DNA of 64,000 nt. Origin: a virus. Lineage: Duplodnaviria; Caudoviricetes. Shown one piece after another: positions 30,801-40,228 of the stretch. Below the pieces are notes generated by a model, which was given only the letters and a program-made list of their open reading frames with translations, was not told where the DNA came from and made no database searches. Where the stretch lies: IMG/VR virus record IMGVR_UViG_3300043422_000045, positions 47,651 to 111,650 of that record. One strand, written 5' to 3'. A program made the position numbers and the translations under genes. Numbering within the stretch: position 1 is the stretch's first letter; every line of letters starts with the position of its first letter.

Positions 30801-31319
30801 ATGAAACACATTCAATTATTCGAACAATTTATTAACGAAGCTAGAGCTGAAGTTAAATTAGGTAGAGTGACACCTAAAAACATAGATGAAAAGGCACAAC
30901 AAGTGTTAGAAGTTTTACAAGACGCGGTTGGTAAAACTATCAACGGAGAAGAACTTAAAAAAATGGTTGGTAGAAACTGGGGAGGTCCAGGTGCAAGTAA
31001 AGGTCTTAAAAATGCTAAAATTGAAATTATTGCAGTTCACGTAGGACATAATAATAGCTATATTTCTATGCAATTTATATATAAGACTGATTCAGATTTA
31101 TTCGATAACCACGCCGAAGGTAATCAAAAATTAAAAGATCTTGAAGGTTGGGCCAAAGTAGCAGACGGTATGCGTTCTATGAAAGCAATTGACGGTAGTA
31201 ATAAAGAATATAAAAGCGATGCATCGCACCAAGTCAAAGAACTTGTATTTAATAGTTTAAGTCCTAAAAACTTAGAAAATGCATTATCTATTTTAAAATT
31301 AGGTGATATTATCCTATAA
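30801..31319 (+). CDS. Hypothetical protein with capsid-targeting-like N-terminus
   Basis: MKHIQLFEQFINEA. Confidence 0.6.
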   Translation: MKHIQLFEQFINEARAEVKLGRVTPKNIDEKAQQVLEVLQDAVGKTINGEELKKMVGRNWGGPGASKGLKNAKIEIIAVHVGHNNSYISMQFIYKTDSDLFDNHAEGNQKLKDLEGWAKVADGMRSMKAIDGSNKEYKSDASHQVKELVFNSLSPKNLENALSILKLGDIIL

Positions 31320-31333
31320 AATAAAACACAAAC

Positions 31334-31780
31334 ATGCCAGCAAAATCAAAAGCACAACAAAGATTAATGGGACTAGCTTATTCAGTTAAGCAGGGTTACA
31401 TGGATATTGCTCAAGTCGGTGCAGAGTATAAAGATAAAGTTAAAGAACTTGTTAATTCAATGAGTATCGAACAACTTAAAGATTATGCTACTACGCCGCA
31501 TGAAGGTTTACCAGACACTGTAGAATCAGACTCAAACGAATCTATGGGTTTTGCAACTGGTTCGAGCGGACCGCAATCTATTGGAATGCCAGGTATGGGT
31601 ATGGGCAAAATAGCTTTGCCAGATTTAGGCACAGGTGCTGTTGGTTCTGGAGATAAACCAGCCGGTAGAGGTGATGCCGATGATGAATACGAAAAAGAAA
31701 AGAAGAAGAAAAAGAAACGCGAGAAAAAGCTAGCGAAATCATACGAATCTTTTATTTTCGAAAAGTATGGAAAGCTTTAA
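31334..31780 (+). CDS. DUF3008-like protein
   Basis: MPAKSKAQQR...SMS.EQL.DYATT.HEGLP; basic tail; C-terminal SYESFIFE motif. Confidence 0.55.
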   Translation: MPAKSKAQQRLMGLAYSVKQGYMDIAQVGAEYKDKVKELVNSMSIEQLKDYATTPHEGLPDTVESDSNESMGFATGSSGPQSIGMPGMGMGKIALPDLGTGAVGSGDKPAGRGDADDEYEKEKKKKKKREKKLAKSYESFIFEKYGKL

Positions 31781-31791
31781 ATAAACAAATT

Positions 31792-31822
31792 AAAAAAACT
31801 CAGTATAAAAACTGAGTTTTTT
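31792..31822 (+). terminator. Rho-independent terminator
   Basis: aaaaaaactcagt-ataaa-actgagttttttt. Confidence 0.75.
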
Positions 31823-31835
31823 ATTTTATAAAGAT

Positions 31836-32078
31836 ATGGATATATTTAAAATATTTAAAGTAGATTATGAAAGGTGGTCGCATGCAGCTATTGATAAAAT
31901 AATCAAATGCGTAGATACTTCTAATACAGAAGAACATTTTGAAACTTGTAAAAGAATGATAGATCAATTCGTATTAGCTTCTGTTGTAAATTCTAATTTT
32001 AATGCAGATGAATTACAAAGAATTACTAAATTAATAAACACATATTTAAATACTAAAAAAAGTCTAACCGTTGGTTAG
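31836..32078 (+). CDS. Hypothetical protein (80 aa)
   Basis: ORF between two terminators. Confidence 0.55.
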   Translation: MDIFKIFKVDYERWSHAAIDKIIKCVDTSNTEEHFETCKRMIDQFVLASVVNSNFNADELQRITKLINTYLNTKKSLTVG

Positions 32079-32086
32079 ACTTTTTT
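32055..32086. terminator. Bidirectional terminator between convergent genes
   Basis: aaaaaaagtctaacc-gtt-ggttagactttttt. Confidence 0.75.
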
Positions 32087-32088
32087 AT

Positions 32089-32220
32089 TTAACGACCTTG
32101 TCCTCTATACTTTTTCTTGTAGTTTTTAGAGTGCTTGTTGTTAGATTGTTTCTTTGATGCTTTACCAGATTTTTTAGTCTTTTGAAAAGCGCCACCGTTT
32201 GGAGAAGAAGCTTTAGCCAT
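32089..32220 (-). CDS. Small very basic protein (43 aa) ending in KKKYRGQGR; absent from the ORF track
   Basis: Translated manually as MAKASSPNGGAFQKTKKSGKASKKQSNNKHSKNYKKKYRGQGR*; ends at the bidirectional terminator. Confidence 0.7.
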   Translation of the reverse strand: MAKASSPNGGAFQKTKKSGKASKKQSNNKHSKNYKKKYRGQGR

Positions 32221-32290
32221 TGGTTATCAATAGTTTATTTGAGTCGGTTATTCGACAAACTATTTATTAAAAAAGTTGCTAAAATATTTT

Positions 32291-32318
32291 TATATTTGAG
32301 ATTTTTTTTGTATATTTA
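32291..32318 (+). promoter_or_regulatory. Bacteroidota-type promoter elements (TATATTTG / TATATTTA)
   Basis: tatatttgag...tatatttac upstream of the ATG at 32344. Confidence 0.45.
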
Positions 32319-32343
32319 CTACATAATTAAAAGAAATAAAAAA

Positions 32344-32817
32344 ATGAATACACAAGATAAAGATTTTGCACCTCTTATATGGACTGCAGTTCAATGCTAT
32401 AATAAAGCAAGCGACGATTATTCTAAAAAGAAACTTAAAGAAGCTTTAAAAGATTGTTTAAAAAAATGGAGTGATCAACCTGTTAAAATGATTTCAGAGG
32501 CAGTTCAAAACTTAAATATAGATGGTACTAAAAATCCATTTGATTTAATGTGGACTGACAGAAATATTTTCGGTAAGATTAATAATAAATCTATGATCGT
32601 ATGGGAACATACAACGCCTTTGAATGAATTTTATCAAACGTTGGTTAAATGTAAATCTTTTGAAGAAATAGAAATGGCTCTATCAAATTATAGTGGAGTA
32701 TGTTGGATTACTAGAGATGAAGATAATCTTTTAAATAAGAATAAATTTAGATCTAATAGACCAGGTGGATGGGAGTCTTGTTATAGTTCATGTGGAATTA
32801 AACTTATTAAAAAATAA
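32344..32817 (+). CDS. Hypothetical protein, possible HNH-like fold
   Basis: Start taken at MNTQDK (ATG 32344). WEHTTP...VCWITRDEDNLL resembles a degenerate beta-beta-alpha motif. Confidence 0.5.
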   Translation: MNTQDKDFAPLIWTAVQCYNKASDDYSKKKLKEALKDCLKKWSDQPVKMISEAVQNLNIDGTKNPFDLMWTDRNIFGKINNKSMIVWEHTTPLNEFYQTLVKCKSFEEIEMALSNYSGVCWITRDEDNLLNKNKFRSNRPGGWESCYSSCGIKLIKK

Positions 32818-33080
32818 TGAAACCATATACAATTTATTATTTACATTACAAAGATGAAATGCTATTAGTTCCAAACTGGAGCAATAAGTCTGATTTCGTT
32901 GCTTGTGTAATGGCTGAAGATGCTCAAATGGCCATAGATAAAGTAAAAGCATTTACATGTGGCTTTATTAAAGTTATGGGAGTTGCCTCGGGTAGAGAAG
33001 ACTGGGTAAATGAAAATGGTCCAATCGACAATGGTAAAATTATGCCTTTAGGTGGTTGGCCAAAAACTGAAACAAATTAA
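32817..33080 (+). CDS. Hypothetical protein (87 aa)
   Basis: TAATG coupling to the previous gene. Confidence 0.55.
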   Translation: MKPYTIYYLHYKDEMLLVPNWSNKSDFVACVMAEDAQMAIDKVKAFTCGFIKVMGVASGREDWVNENGPIDNGKIMPLGGWPKTETN

Positions 33081-33095
33081 TTCGTATAAATATAA
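33069..33095 (+). promoter_or_regulatory. Bipartite promoter GAAAC-N17-TATAA heading the modification operon
   Basis: GAAAC aaattaattcgtataaa TATAA. Confidence 0.7.
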
Positions 33096-33112
33096 TATCT
33101 AAAACATAATCT

Positions 33113-33412
33113 ATGAACATATTAGACCAAGCAAACAAGATTATTAATGAACGCTCTGAAGAAAAAGAACGTCAATATGGTCCATTTGAAGAAGGTATGC
33201 GCAGAGCCGCACAAATTGCCAGCGGTATGACTGGTAAAGATTTTTCTGGTAGTGACATGTATGCAGCTTTAGTTGCATTAAAATTAAGTCGTCACTCATA
33301 CAACTACAAACAAGATAATTTATTAGATGCAGTAGCTTACTTAGGTGCTCTAGATAATTATGTTGAAAAATTCGGTTATAAAGACACTGAAAAACCAGTT
33401 ACGAATGAATAA
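33113..33412 (+). CDS. DUF6378-like (all-alpha nucleotide pyrophosphohydrolase-related) protein
   Basis: IL..A..II..R....YG.F......A......LKLSR......DN.LD..AY. Confidence 0.65.
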   Translation: MNILDQANKIINERSEEKERQYGPFEEGMRRAAQIASGMTGKDFSGSDMYAALVALKLSRHSYNYKQDNLLDAVAYLGALDNYVEKFGYKDTEKPVTNE

Positions 33413-34484
33413 TCAAGAGTTTAGTTATTTTACAGACTACGTTACTGACAAATCAGCTAAGATTGGTATTTCAGCTCTTGTTGGTAAATTAAGCCCTAAG
33501 ATTAGTTCACATAAATCTGCGTGGTGTTTTATGATTGCCAATCAATTGACAAATGCTGGATTTGAAAGCGTAGATGTTATCACATCAAACGAAACTGATT
33601 GGAATAACTATGACATTATCTTAATCGATCATGGTATGGAATTCAAAGGCAACTTTAATATTTTTGGAGGAGCTAATGATGATTTATACAATCAAATAAT
33701 TCGCATTAAGAGTAAAGTTAAGATGTACAGTTTACATCATGAGATGCCATGTATTGGCGCTTTAATTGAACAACGATTAAAAACAGGTACAGATTTGTTT
33801 AAGACTTTAGAACAAGATATTGATTTGATCAAAGGTATTTGTGCCAATGACATTCCTAAAATAGATCATATTGAAAAAACAGACAAGCTTTGTTTTGGTG
33901 ATAGTCACTCATTTGGAATGTATCAAGCTGGTTATATGTGTCAAAGACACGATGGTTTAACAATGCACGGCGCTCTTAAAAGAGGATTAGATTCTTACAT
34001 TTATCCGTGGATAAAAACACTAACGTGTTATATGGGTAATATTGATGTTAGACATCACTTGATGAGACAAGCTAATCCTAAAAATGCAGTTGAAATCATG
34101 ATGAAAAATTATGAGCAACAACTTAAATCATTACAAGAAAACGGAGTTAGTAACATCGAATTGATCCATGTTTTACCAATCGAAAATGAATCAAGAGTTT
34201 TACCAAAAACAGGTTATTATAAAGACACTCCATTTTATGGCTCTTGGTTAGAACGTACTCAATTGTCTAAAGAAATCAATAACTATATTGATGAAATGTG
34301 CAAAAGAAATAATTGGAAAGTTTACAAACATTCGGATGTTTATTTTAATGATAAAGGTGAATTAACATTTGATGTGATGGAACAACCAAAATCTGTTCAT
34401 ATTTCTAGAGAGTATTATCGATGGGACATGGCAGCAAATTGCCCAAACAAAAGATTAGAAAAGAAAACAATGTCTTTATTTTAA
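33405..34484 (+). CDS. Hypothetical protein with SGNH/GDSL-like C-terminal domain
   Basis: FGDSHS, MGNIDVRHH and SVHIS motifs; ATG at 33405 overlaps the previous gene. Confidence 0.5.
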   Translation: MNNQEFSYFTDYVTDKSAKIGISALVGKLSPKISSHKSAWCFMIANQLTNAGFESVDVITSNETDWNNYDIILIDHGMEFKGNFNIFGGANDDLYNQIIRIKSKVKMYSLHHEMPCIGALIEQRLKTGTDLFKTLEQDIDLIKGICANDIPKIDHIEKTDKLCFGDSHSFGMYQAGYMCQRHDGLTMHGALKRGLDSYIYPWIKTLTCYMGNIDVRHHLMRQANPKNAVEIMMKNYEQQLKSLQENGVSNIELIHVLPIENESRVLPKTGYYKDTPFYGSWLERTQLSKEINNYIDEMCKRNNWKVYKHSDVYFNDKGELTFDVMEQPKSVHISREYYRWDMAANCPNKRLEKKTMSLF

Positions 34485-34501
34485 GACGCAAACATAAATT
34501 T

Positions 34502-34756
34502 ATGAAATATTTATATTTTTCTGCACCTTGGTGTGGACCTTGTAGAACGTTAGGACCAATTATGGAAAAGGTTGGCCAAAAGTACACTGTTGAAAAAATT
34601 AACGTAGATGAGAACGAAGAGTTATCAGCACAATTTGGAATTAGAAGCGTGCCTACTGTTATTTTAGTAGATGAATCAAATAAAGAATTAGAGCGTACTG
34701 TCGGTGTAAAAGCTGAAGGAGACTATTACGATATTTTTGAAAAGCATAACGCATAA
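34502..34756 (+). CDS. trxA: Thioredoxin
   Basis: FSAPWCGPC, INVD and IRSVPT; start at ATG 34502. Confidence 0.92.
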   Translation: MKYLYFSAPWCGPCRTLGPIMEKVGQKYTVEKINVDENEELSAQFGIRSVPTVILVDESNKELERTVGVKAEGDYYDIFEKHNA

Positions 34757-35979
34757 TGAAAATTCAAACTACAAGATATTACGACGAGTTTATAAGATAC
34801 TTTGATCTTGCACAAAAGCAGCAAGATCTTTGTAATTTAGGAACAGTTGGATATATGGAAAGTAATATGGGCGATTCTTTAATGGAGCACATAGAACTTT
34901 ATGATGTTGTTGAAAGAAAATATGCAGGTTTTTCTCAAATCGTAAACGATATTTTTTATGGTTGGACACCAGAGCATCCTTATTGGGATAAAATGAAAAA
35001 TGGCATTTACACAACACAACGAGAAGAAGTTGCTAAAAACTGGACAGGAAAGCAGAAAATATTTGGATTAGAAGAATGGCTTTATCTTTTTATTCTACAC
35101 AGAGTTACAGGTTCTGGCATTAATTATGCAACTAAACCTTCTGGTTATCACAACACAATCTTATTTCATTTACATGAATGTGATACGATAGAAGATATGT
35201 GCGAAGTGATTAAATCACACCAATATCCATTTTATACTTCAGTTGGTTATCAATTTCCAGCCTTTCCAAAGCCACCAGAAAATCAAACTAATTCAGAAGA
35301 TTTGTTTGTCGGTATGACAGGCTTTTCTAATGAAGTAAAATACACTTACAAAAGAGGTGGAGATTATTATCTTTGCGAATTTGCGCCAAGATTAGCTAGA
35401 GAATTAGCAACATATTTAACAACTGGAGAAAAGAAACAACTTAGAGAATTAGGTGAATGGCTTTTTAAATGGAACTATGATAATGGTTTAAGAGCTTATA
35501 GATTTCAATATGCTGCAGTTATTGCAGACATCGCAGATTGGTACCCAGAATATGTTGTTAGAGAATCTATGTTTTATTACGGAACAAACGCAGTAGAATG
35601 TATTGGTTATTTAGCAGATCCTGAAAGTGGCAAAGGTAATAAAAAAGGAGAAGAATTCTTAGACGCAGTTATGACTAAGATCTATAATGATACAGGATCG
35701 CTGCCATATAACGCAGAAGATGTGGCCTGTGATTATATCAGATGGATCGAAAACTACTTAAGACCAGGAAAAGATTACAACCACGTAGACATGGACACAG
35801 TCTGGAATAGCAGCGTAATAAAAGACCATCCATTTGGTAGACAAAAAGCCATGTTAGATTTAGGTATAGTTAAGACGTTTAATGGAATGACTAGTCACCC
35901 ATCAGATGATAAAATTTTAGTAGAAGCTGGTCTAACAGTAGATCAATATAAAGAAATGGTTAAAAAAATATACAAATAA
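34756..35979 (+). CDS. aGPT-Pplase / amino acid:DNA transferase-like protein (HhH-glycosylase-related fold)
   Basis: LFILHRVTG, FQYAAVIAD, YGTNAVECI and AEDVACDYIRW echo the family's F..Q...D / GPGA..GL / E..LCE..KY motifs (judged by eye). Confidence 0.55.
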   Translation: MKIQTTRYYDEFIRYFDLAQKQQDLCNLGTVGYMESNMGDSLMEHIELYDVVERKYAGFSQIVNDIFYGWTPEHPYWDKMKNGIYTTQREEVAKNWTGKQKIFGLEEWLYLFILHRVTGSGINYATKPSGYHNTILFHLHECDTIEDMCEVIKSHQYPFYTSVGYQFPAFPKPPENQTNSEDLFVGMTGFSNEVKYTYKRGGDYYLCEFAPRLARELATYLTTGEKKQLRELGEWLFKWNYDNGLRAYRFQYAAVIADIADWYPEYVVRESMFYYGTNAVECIGYLADPESGKGNKKGEEFLDAVMTKIYNDTGSLPYNAEDVACDYIRWIENYLRPGKDYNHVDMDTVWNSSVIKDHPFGRQKAMLDLGIVKTFNGMTSHPSDDKILVEAGLTVDQYKEMVKKIYK

Positions 35980-37031
35980 TGAATACTCTATTAGCAGAAG
36001 ATTTTATAAGACCAGATGCTTGCGAATTACCAAAAGCAAAAAAGAAATATCAGCATGCAGAATCTTTGTTTGAAGACGAAGGTGTTCATTATACAAACAT
36101 TGAATATCCAAATACGGCTGATGTTAAAATGAAAAATGGCAAGCCTATTGAATCTTGGATGAAAGATTGGACTCAAGAAGAACGTTTCGATAAATTCTTT
36201 GAGTTTTGTGAAGCCTTTGATAAAAGACAAGACAAATTATTAGCTGAAGATTATCAGATATTTTCACACAGATTACACTGGCATGAACATCCTTTTTGCG
36301 ATTTAATGAAAGATGTGACTGATCCAATGAAAAGACTTTGGTATACTTTGGTGTTTTCATTTACTAATGAGCATTGGGGAACTTTAACAATGTTAATCAA
36401 TGATGGCGAAGAAGCTCTTAAGAAGCATTTTAAAGATAACAGACATGCACGCAATGATTTGTTTCAGATATACTATCCAAAGGGCACAGATGTTAAGGAG
36501 TGGCTTCTATGGGGTCCAAAAAGAGCGGCAAAAAAAATGTCACACGTTCTAGAGAATTTAGACAGACCTTATACAATGATGGAGTTTGCTAAAATCATGG
36601 AGAAGTATTTTAAAGAGGATCAAAACTTTAGAAGTCCTTTATATCCATGTAAAAATGCAGCTAGATATTTAGCCATGGCGTATCCGCATATTATAGATCC
36701 AGAAACACCATTATATGGTGGAACAGGACACTTTGATGGCATGCAACAAGTTTTTAGCGGTGCTAATGTTAACGGTAAAGTTAAGTATACTATCGGTAAA
36801 AACGGCGAATTTATTGCCGAGAATAAATATGCTGAGTTGTGGTTAGAACAAATGGAAACTTTAGTTAATCATCCTAAGAATCCAATGACAAGCCAAAAAT
36901 GGTTAAACATAGAAGATAAAACATGTTTCTTTTATAAACACATTGCAATTTCACACGGTGTTAAATCACCAACAAAAAGAATACCTTATACTTGGATATT
37001 TCCAGAATCATTTTCACTTAAAAAAGATTAA
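35979..37031 (+). CDS. Second aGPT-Pplase-like paralog
   Basis: YTLVFSFTN, YPCKNAARYL..AYP, GGTGHFDGM and NIEDKTCFFYKH are colinear with the motifs of the preceding gene. Confidence 0.5.
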   Translation: MNTLLAEDFIRPDACELPKAKKKYQHAESLFEDEGVHYTNIEYPNTADVKMKNGKPIESWMKDWTQEERFDKFFEFCEAFDKRQDKLLAEDYQIFSHRLHWHEHPFCDLMKDVTDPMKRLWYTLVFSFTNEHWGTLTMLINDGEEALKKHFKDNRHARNDLFQIYYPKGTDVKEWLLWGPKRAAKKMSHVLENLDRPYTMMEFAKIMEKYFKEDQNFRSPLYPCKNAARYLAMAYPHIIDPETPLYGGTGHFDGMQQVFSGANVNGKVKYTIGKNGEFIAENKYAELWLEQMETLVNHPKNPMTSQKWLNIEDKTCFFYKHIAISHGVKSPTKRIPYTWIFPESFSLKKD

Positions 37032-37925
37032 ATGTCACACAATAATCATACAAAAAGTAGTTTTAATCAAGACTTAAATTTAGCTTACCCAAACAGAGAT
37101 GCTTGGTTGGAATTAGCAGGAGATTGGCAAGATCCATTTCCAGCTCCTATTGTAAAAGAACACAATGGCTTTAATGTAGTTAGAGAAGATTTAATGGGCT
37201 TTGGTTCTAAGTGTCGCTTTGGCGATATTTTAGTTCAAAGTTGTCCATCAGATACTTTAGTTTATGTACAGCCAAGATACGGATTTGCTGGAATTTCTTT
37301 AGCTTATTTAGCTGAGAAATACAATAAAAAACTAGTTCTTTTTAGTCCAAGTCAAAAAGAAATTTCAGATCATCAAGCTATTTGTATTGAAAGAGGCGCA
37401 GATATGAAATTTCGTAGAATTGCAGCCATGCCAAATCTTAATAAGATTGCAGCTGATTGGGCCAAAGAAAACAATGGCTTTTTTATACCACTTGGTTTAA
37501 GACACGAATTAGTTACAGCAGCCGCAGTTAAAGTAGCTTATGACATGGCACAAGTACATGGTGAACCTAAAGAAGTTTGGCATGCTATTTCAACTGGTGT
37601 TTTAGGCAGAGCTTTGCAAATTGCATGGCCTAACGCAGAATTTAATGGAGTTGCAGTAGCTAGAAATATCAAAGATGGCGAAAGAGGTAGAGCAACTATT
37701 TGGTCACATCCAAAAGAATTTAGCCAAAACGTAGCCACTGAATTTGAACCACCATTTCCAAGTGCATTAAATTATGATGCTAAAGCTTGGGAATTAATGC
37801 TTAAAAATGGAAGCCCGGGAGCTTGGTTCTGGAATGTCGGTGGTAACCCTAAGCCAGAAAATGAAGATACTAAACAATCAATCAATGCCCAAAGAGAATG
37901 GGGCGAAATCATAGACGTAAAATAA
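37032..37925 (+). CDS. PLP-dependent enzyme, fold type II (cysteine synthase/TrpB-like)
   Basis: VVREDL..GSKCR (PLP lysine), ISTGVLG phosphate loop, YDAKAW and FWNVG. Confidence 0.75.
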   Translation: MSHNNHTKSSFNQDLNLAYPNRDAWLELAGDWQDPFPAPIVKEHNGFNVVREDLMGFGSKCRFGDILVQSCPSDTLVYVQPRYGFAGISLAYLAEKYNKKLVLFSPSQKEISDHQAICIERGADMKFRRIAAMPNLNKIAADWAKENNGFFIPLGLRHELVTAAAVKVAYDMAQVHGEPKEVWHAISTGVLGRALQIAWPNAEFNGVAVARNIKDGERGRATIWSHPKEFSQNVATEFEPPFPSALNYDAKAWELMLKNGSPGAWFWNVGGNPKPENEDTKQSINAQREWGEIIDVK

Positions 37926-37930
37926 TAATT

Positions 37931-39079
37931 ATGAACAGACCAACATTAGCATTTGCAACCATGTGTAAAAACGAAGAACACGTCATAGGACAAGTTCTTG
38001 ATGCTGTTGCACCCTACATTGATTATCTTGTAGTTGCCGACAACGGTTCTACCGATAGAACATTAGAAATTGTCCAAGAATTTATGGATCGCACTGGAAT
38101 TCCAGGAGAAATTCATAACGATGAATGGTTCGGTTTTGACAAGAATAAAAACATGATGATGGAATATGTACATGGTAAAACAGACTATGTATTACACTTG
38201 GACGCTGATGATATTTTAGCAGGCGATTTTAGTTTTACCAACGATGATGCTGGTGAAGATGCATATCACATGACTATGAAACGTGGAACAGCAACTTATA
38301 AAGCAACCGTTATTTATAATAATAGATTGCATTGGAAATTCTGTGGAACAGCGCACACAATAATCAAATGCATTGAGAGACCTCATTTTTCAACAGGAGA
38401 TTTATCAACCAGAGGTTGGGTTATATGTGATCCCGTTGGTTCAAGAGCATTTGATCCTAAGAAATATTTTTACGATGCTGAAAGATTGAAAAAACAATTT
38501 TTCGATACTTTGGTAGATGATCCAGATGGATTAAATCATAGATCAGCTTTCTACTGTGCACAGAGTTATATGGATTCTAACATGATGATAGAAGGTTTAC
38601 AATGGAATAGGCTTTACACAAGATTAAAAGATACTTGGAGCGAAGAAAGATTTGAAGCACAAATGAGAATTTCAAGATGTTTGATGGCTATACCAGATTC
38701 AGATCCAAATTTAATTGTTGATGAAATGAATAAGGCTATAGAAATTTCACCAGATAGAGCTGAACCATATTTTTATTTGGGTACTTATTTAAATAAAATA
38801 GGAAATCACGAATTGGCTTATGACTATTTGAAAAAAGCTAAAGACATCTCTTTAAAATATGCACAAAGTAAATATTTATTATTTGTAACATCTAATTGTT
38901 ATGGTAAATATGTCAATGATGAATTATCAGTTGCTTGTTTTTGGACCAATAGAGTTGAAGAAGGCGTTAAATTAATTAATCAAATTATTAATGATCCAGA
39001 CTTTGAACACTCTAAGCCAAGACTTATTGACAATTTAAATCATTTTAAAAATTTAGAAGCAAAATTACAAGATGCTTAA
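37931..39079 (+). CDS. Glycosyltransferase family 2 with TPR-like C-terminus
   Basis: MCKNEE, DNGSTDRT, LDADD (DXD), and TPR-like PDRAEPYFYLG. Confidence 0.85.
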   Translation: MNRPTLAFATMCKNEEHVIGQVLDAVAPYIDYLVVADNGSTDRTLEIVQEFMDRTGIPGEIHNDEWFGFDKNKNMMMEYVHGKTDYVLHLDADDILAGDFSFTNDDAGEDAYHMTMKRGTATYKATVIYNNRLHWKFCGTAHTIIKCIERPHFSTGDLSTRGWVICDPVGSRAFDPKKYFYDAERLKKQFFDTLVDDPDGLNHRSAFYCAQSYMDSNMMIEGLQWNRLYTRLKDTWSEERFEAQMRISRCLMAIPDSDPNLIVDEMNKAIEISPDRAEPYFYLGTYLNKIGNHELAYDYLKKAKDISLKYAQSKYLLFVTSNCYGKYVNDELSVACFWTNRVEEGVKLINQIINDPDFEHSKPRLIDNLNHFKNLEAKLQDA

Positions 39080-40178
39080 TAAGAATTACGATTATTTAAT
39101 AGTCGGCGCAGGTTTTTACGGCTCAGTTTGTGCATACGAACTGAGCCGTTTAGGCAAGAAAGTACTCGTGATTGATAAAAGAAATCACATTGGTGGAAAT
39201 GCATATACCAAAAAAGTAAATGATATTGACGTTCACCAATACGGAGCTCATATATTTCATACAAACGATAAAGCTATATGGCAATGGATCCAACAATTTG
39301 GAGAATTTAACAATTTTAAAAATTCGCCAATAGCTAATTATAAAGATGAGATGTATTCTCTTCCATTTTCAATGTGGACTTTTTATAAATTATGGGGAAC
39401 TAAAACACCAGAGGAAGCTAAAAAAATTATAGATTCACAAAGATACACTGGTCCGATTACAAATTTAGAAGAACAAGCGCTTTCTTTAGTAGGCACAGAT
39501 ATTTACGAAAAGCTAATTAAAGGTTACACTGAAAAGCAGTGGAAGAAATCAGCTAAACTTTTACCAGCTTCAATAATTAAAAGATTGCCAGTACGTTTTA
39601 CATGGGATAATAATTATTTTAACGACAAATATCAGGGTATTCCAGTCGATGGCTACACTAGTCTATTTGAAAAAATGTTAGAAGGTATAGACGTAGAATT
39701 AAATCAAGATTATCTAAAAGACAGAGATTATTGGAATTCTAAAGCAGATAAAATAATTTACACAGGACCAATAGATGCCTATTTTAATTACAAGTATGGC
39801 GATTTAGAATATAAGACAGTCAATTTTGTAACAGAGACCATAGAAAATAAAGACTTTCAAGGTAATGCTGTTGTAAATTATACAGATGCGACTATTCCAT
39901 ATACAAGAATTATAGAGCATAAGCATTTTAATTTTAAAAATCAAAAAGATACAGTAGTTTCTTGGGAATATCCAGTAGACTACAGAAGAGGCGTTGAACC
40001 TTATTATCCGGTCAATGATACGCGTAACGCATCTATTTTTAAAAAATATAAACAAAGCGCAAGTAATATAAAAAATATATTTTTTGGTGGAAGATTAGCA
40101 GAATACAAGTACTATGACATGCATCAAGTTATAGCATCTGCTTTGTCAGATTTAAAAACCAATACATTTTTTAAATAA
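39072..40178 (+). CDS. glf: UDP-galactopyranose mutase
   Basis: GAGFYG FAD-binding motif, HIGGNAY, YGAHIFHT, YTRIIEHKHF, PYYP and GRLAEYKYYDMH. Confidence 0.95.
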   Translation: MLNKNYDYLIVGAGFYGSVCAYELSRLGKKVLVIDKRNHIGGNAYTKKVNDIDVHQYGAHIFHTNDKAIWQWIQQFGEFNNFKNSPIANYKDEMYSLPFSMWTFYKLWGTKTPEEAKKIIDSQRYTGPITNLEEQALSLVGTDIYEKLIKGYTEKQWKKSAKLLPASIIKRLPVRFTWDNNYFNDKYQGIPVDGYTSLFEKMLEGIDVELNQDYLKDRDYWNSKADKIIYTGPIDAYFNYKYGDLEYKTVNFVTETIENKDFQGNAVVNYTDATIPYTRIIEHKHFNFKNQKDTVVSWEYPVDYRRGVEPYYPVNDTRNASIFKKYKQSASNIKNIFFGGRLAEYKYYDMHQVIASALSDLKTNTFFK

Positions 40179-40185
40179 TTCAATA

Positions 40186-40212
40186 GAAACAATTAAGCCT
40201 TTTTAAATATAA
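40186..40212 (+). promoter_or_regulatory. Bipartite promoter GAAAC-N17-TATAA
   Basis: GAAAC aattaagcctttttaaa TATAA. Confidence 0.7.
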
Positions 40213-40228
40213 CCTGAAAAATAAGAAC

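Noticed and set aside
32182-32343. N-terminal extension of the 211-aa ORF in the track; similar extensions at 16641, 33360, 34421, 37898 and 44969
   Set aside because: These extensions overlap neighbouring genes or promoters; the downstream ATGs (32344, 16668, 33405, 34502, 37931, 44993) have typical A-rich leaders and match domain starts.
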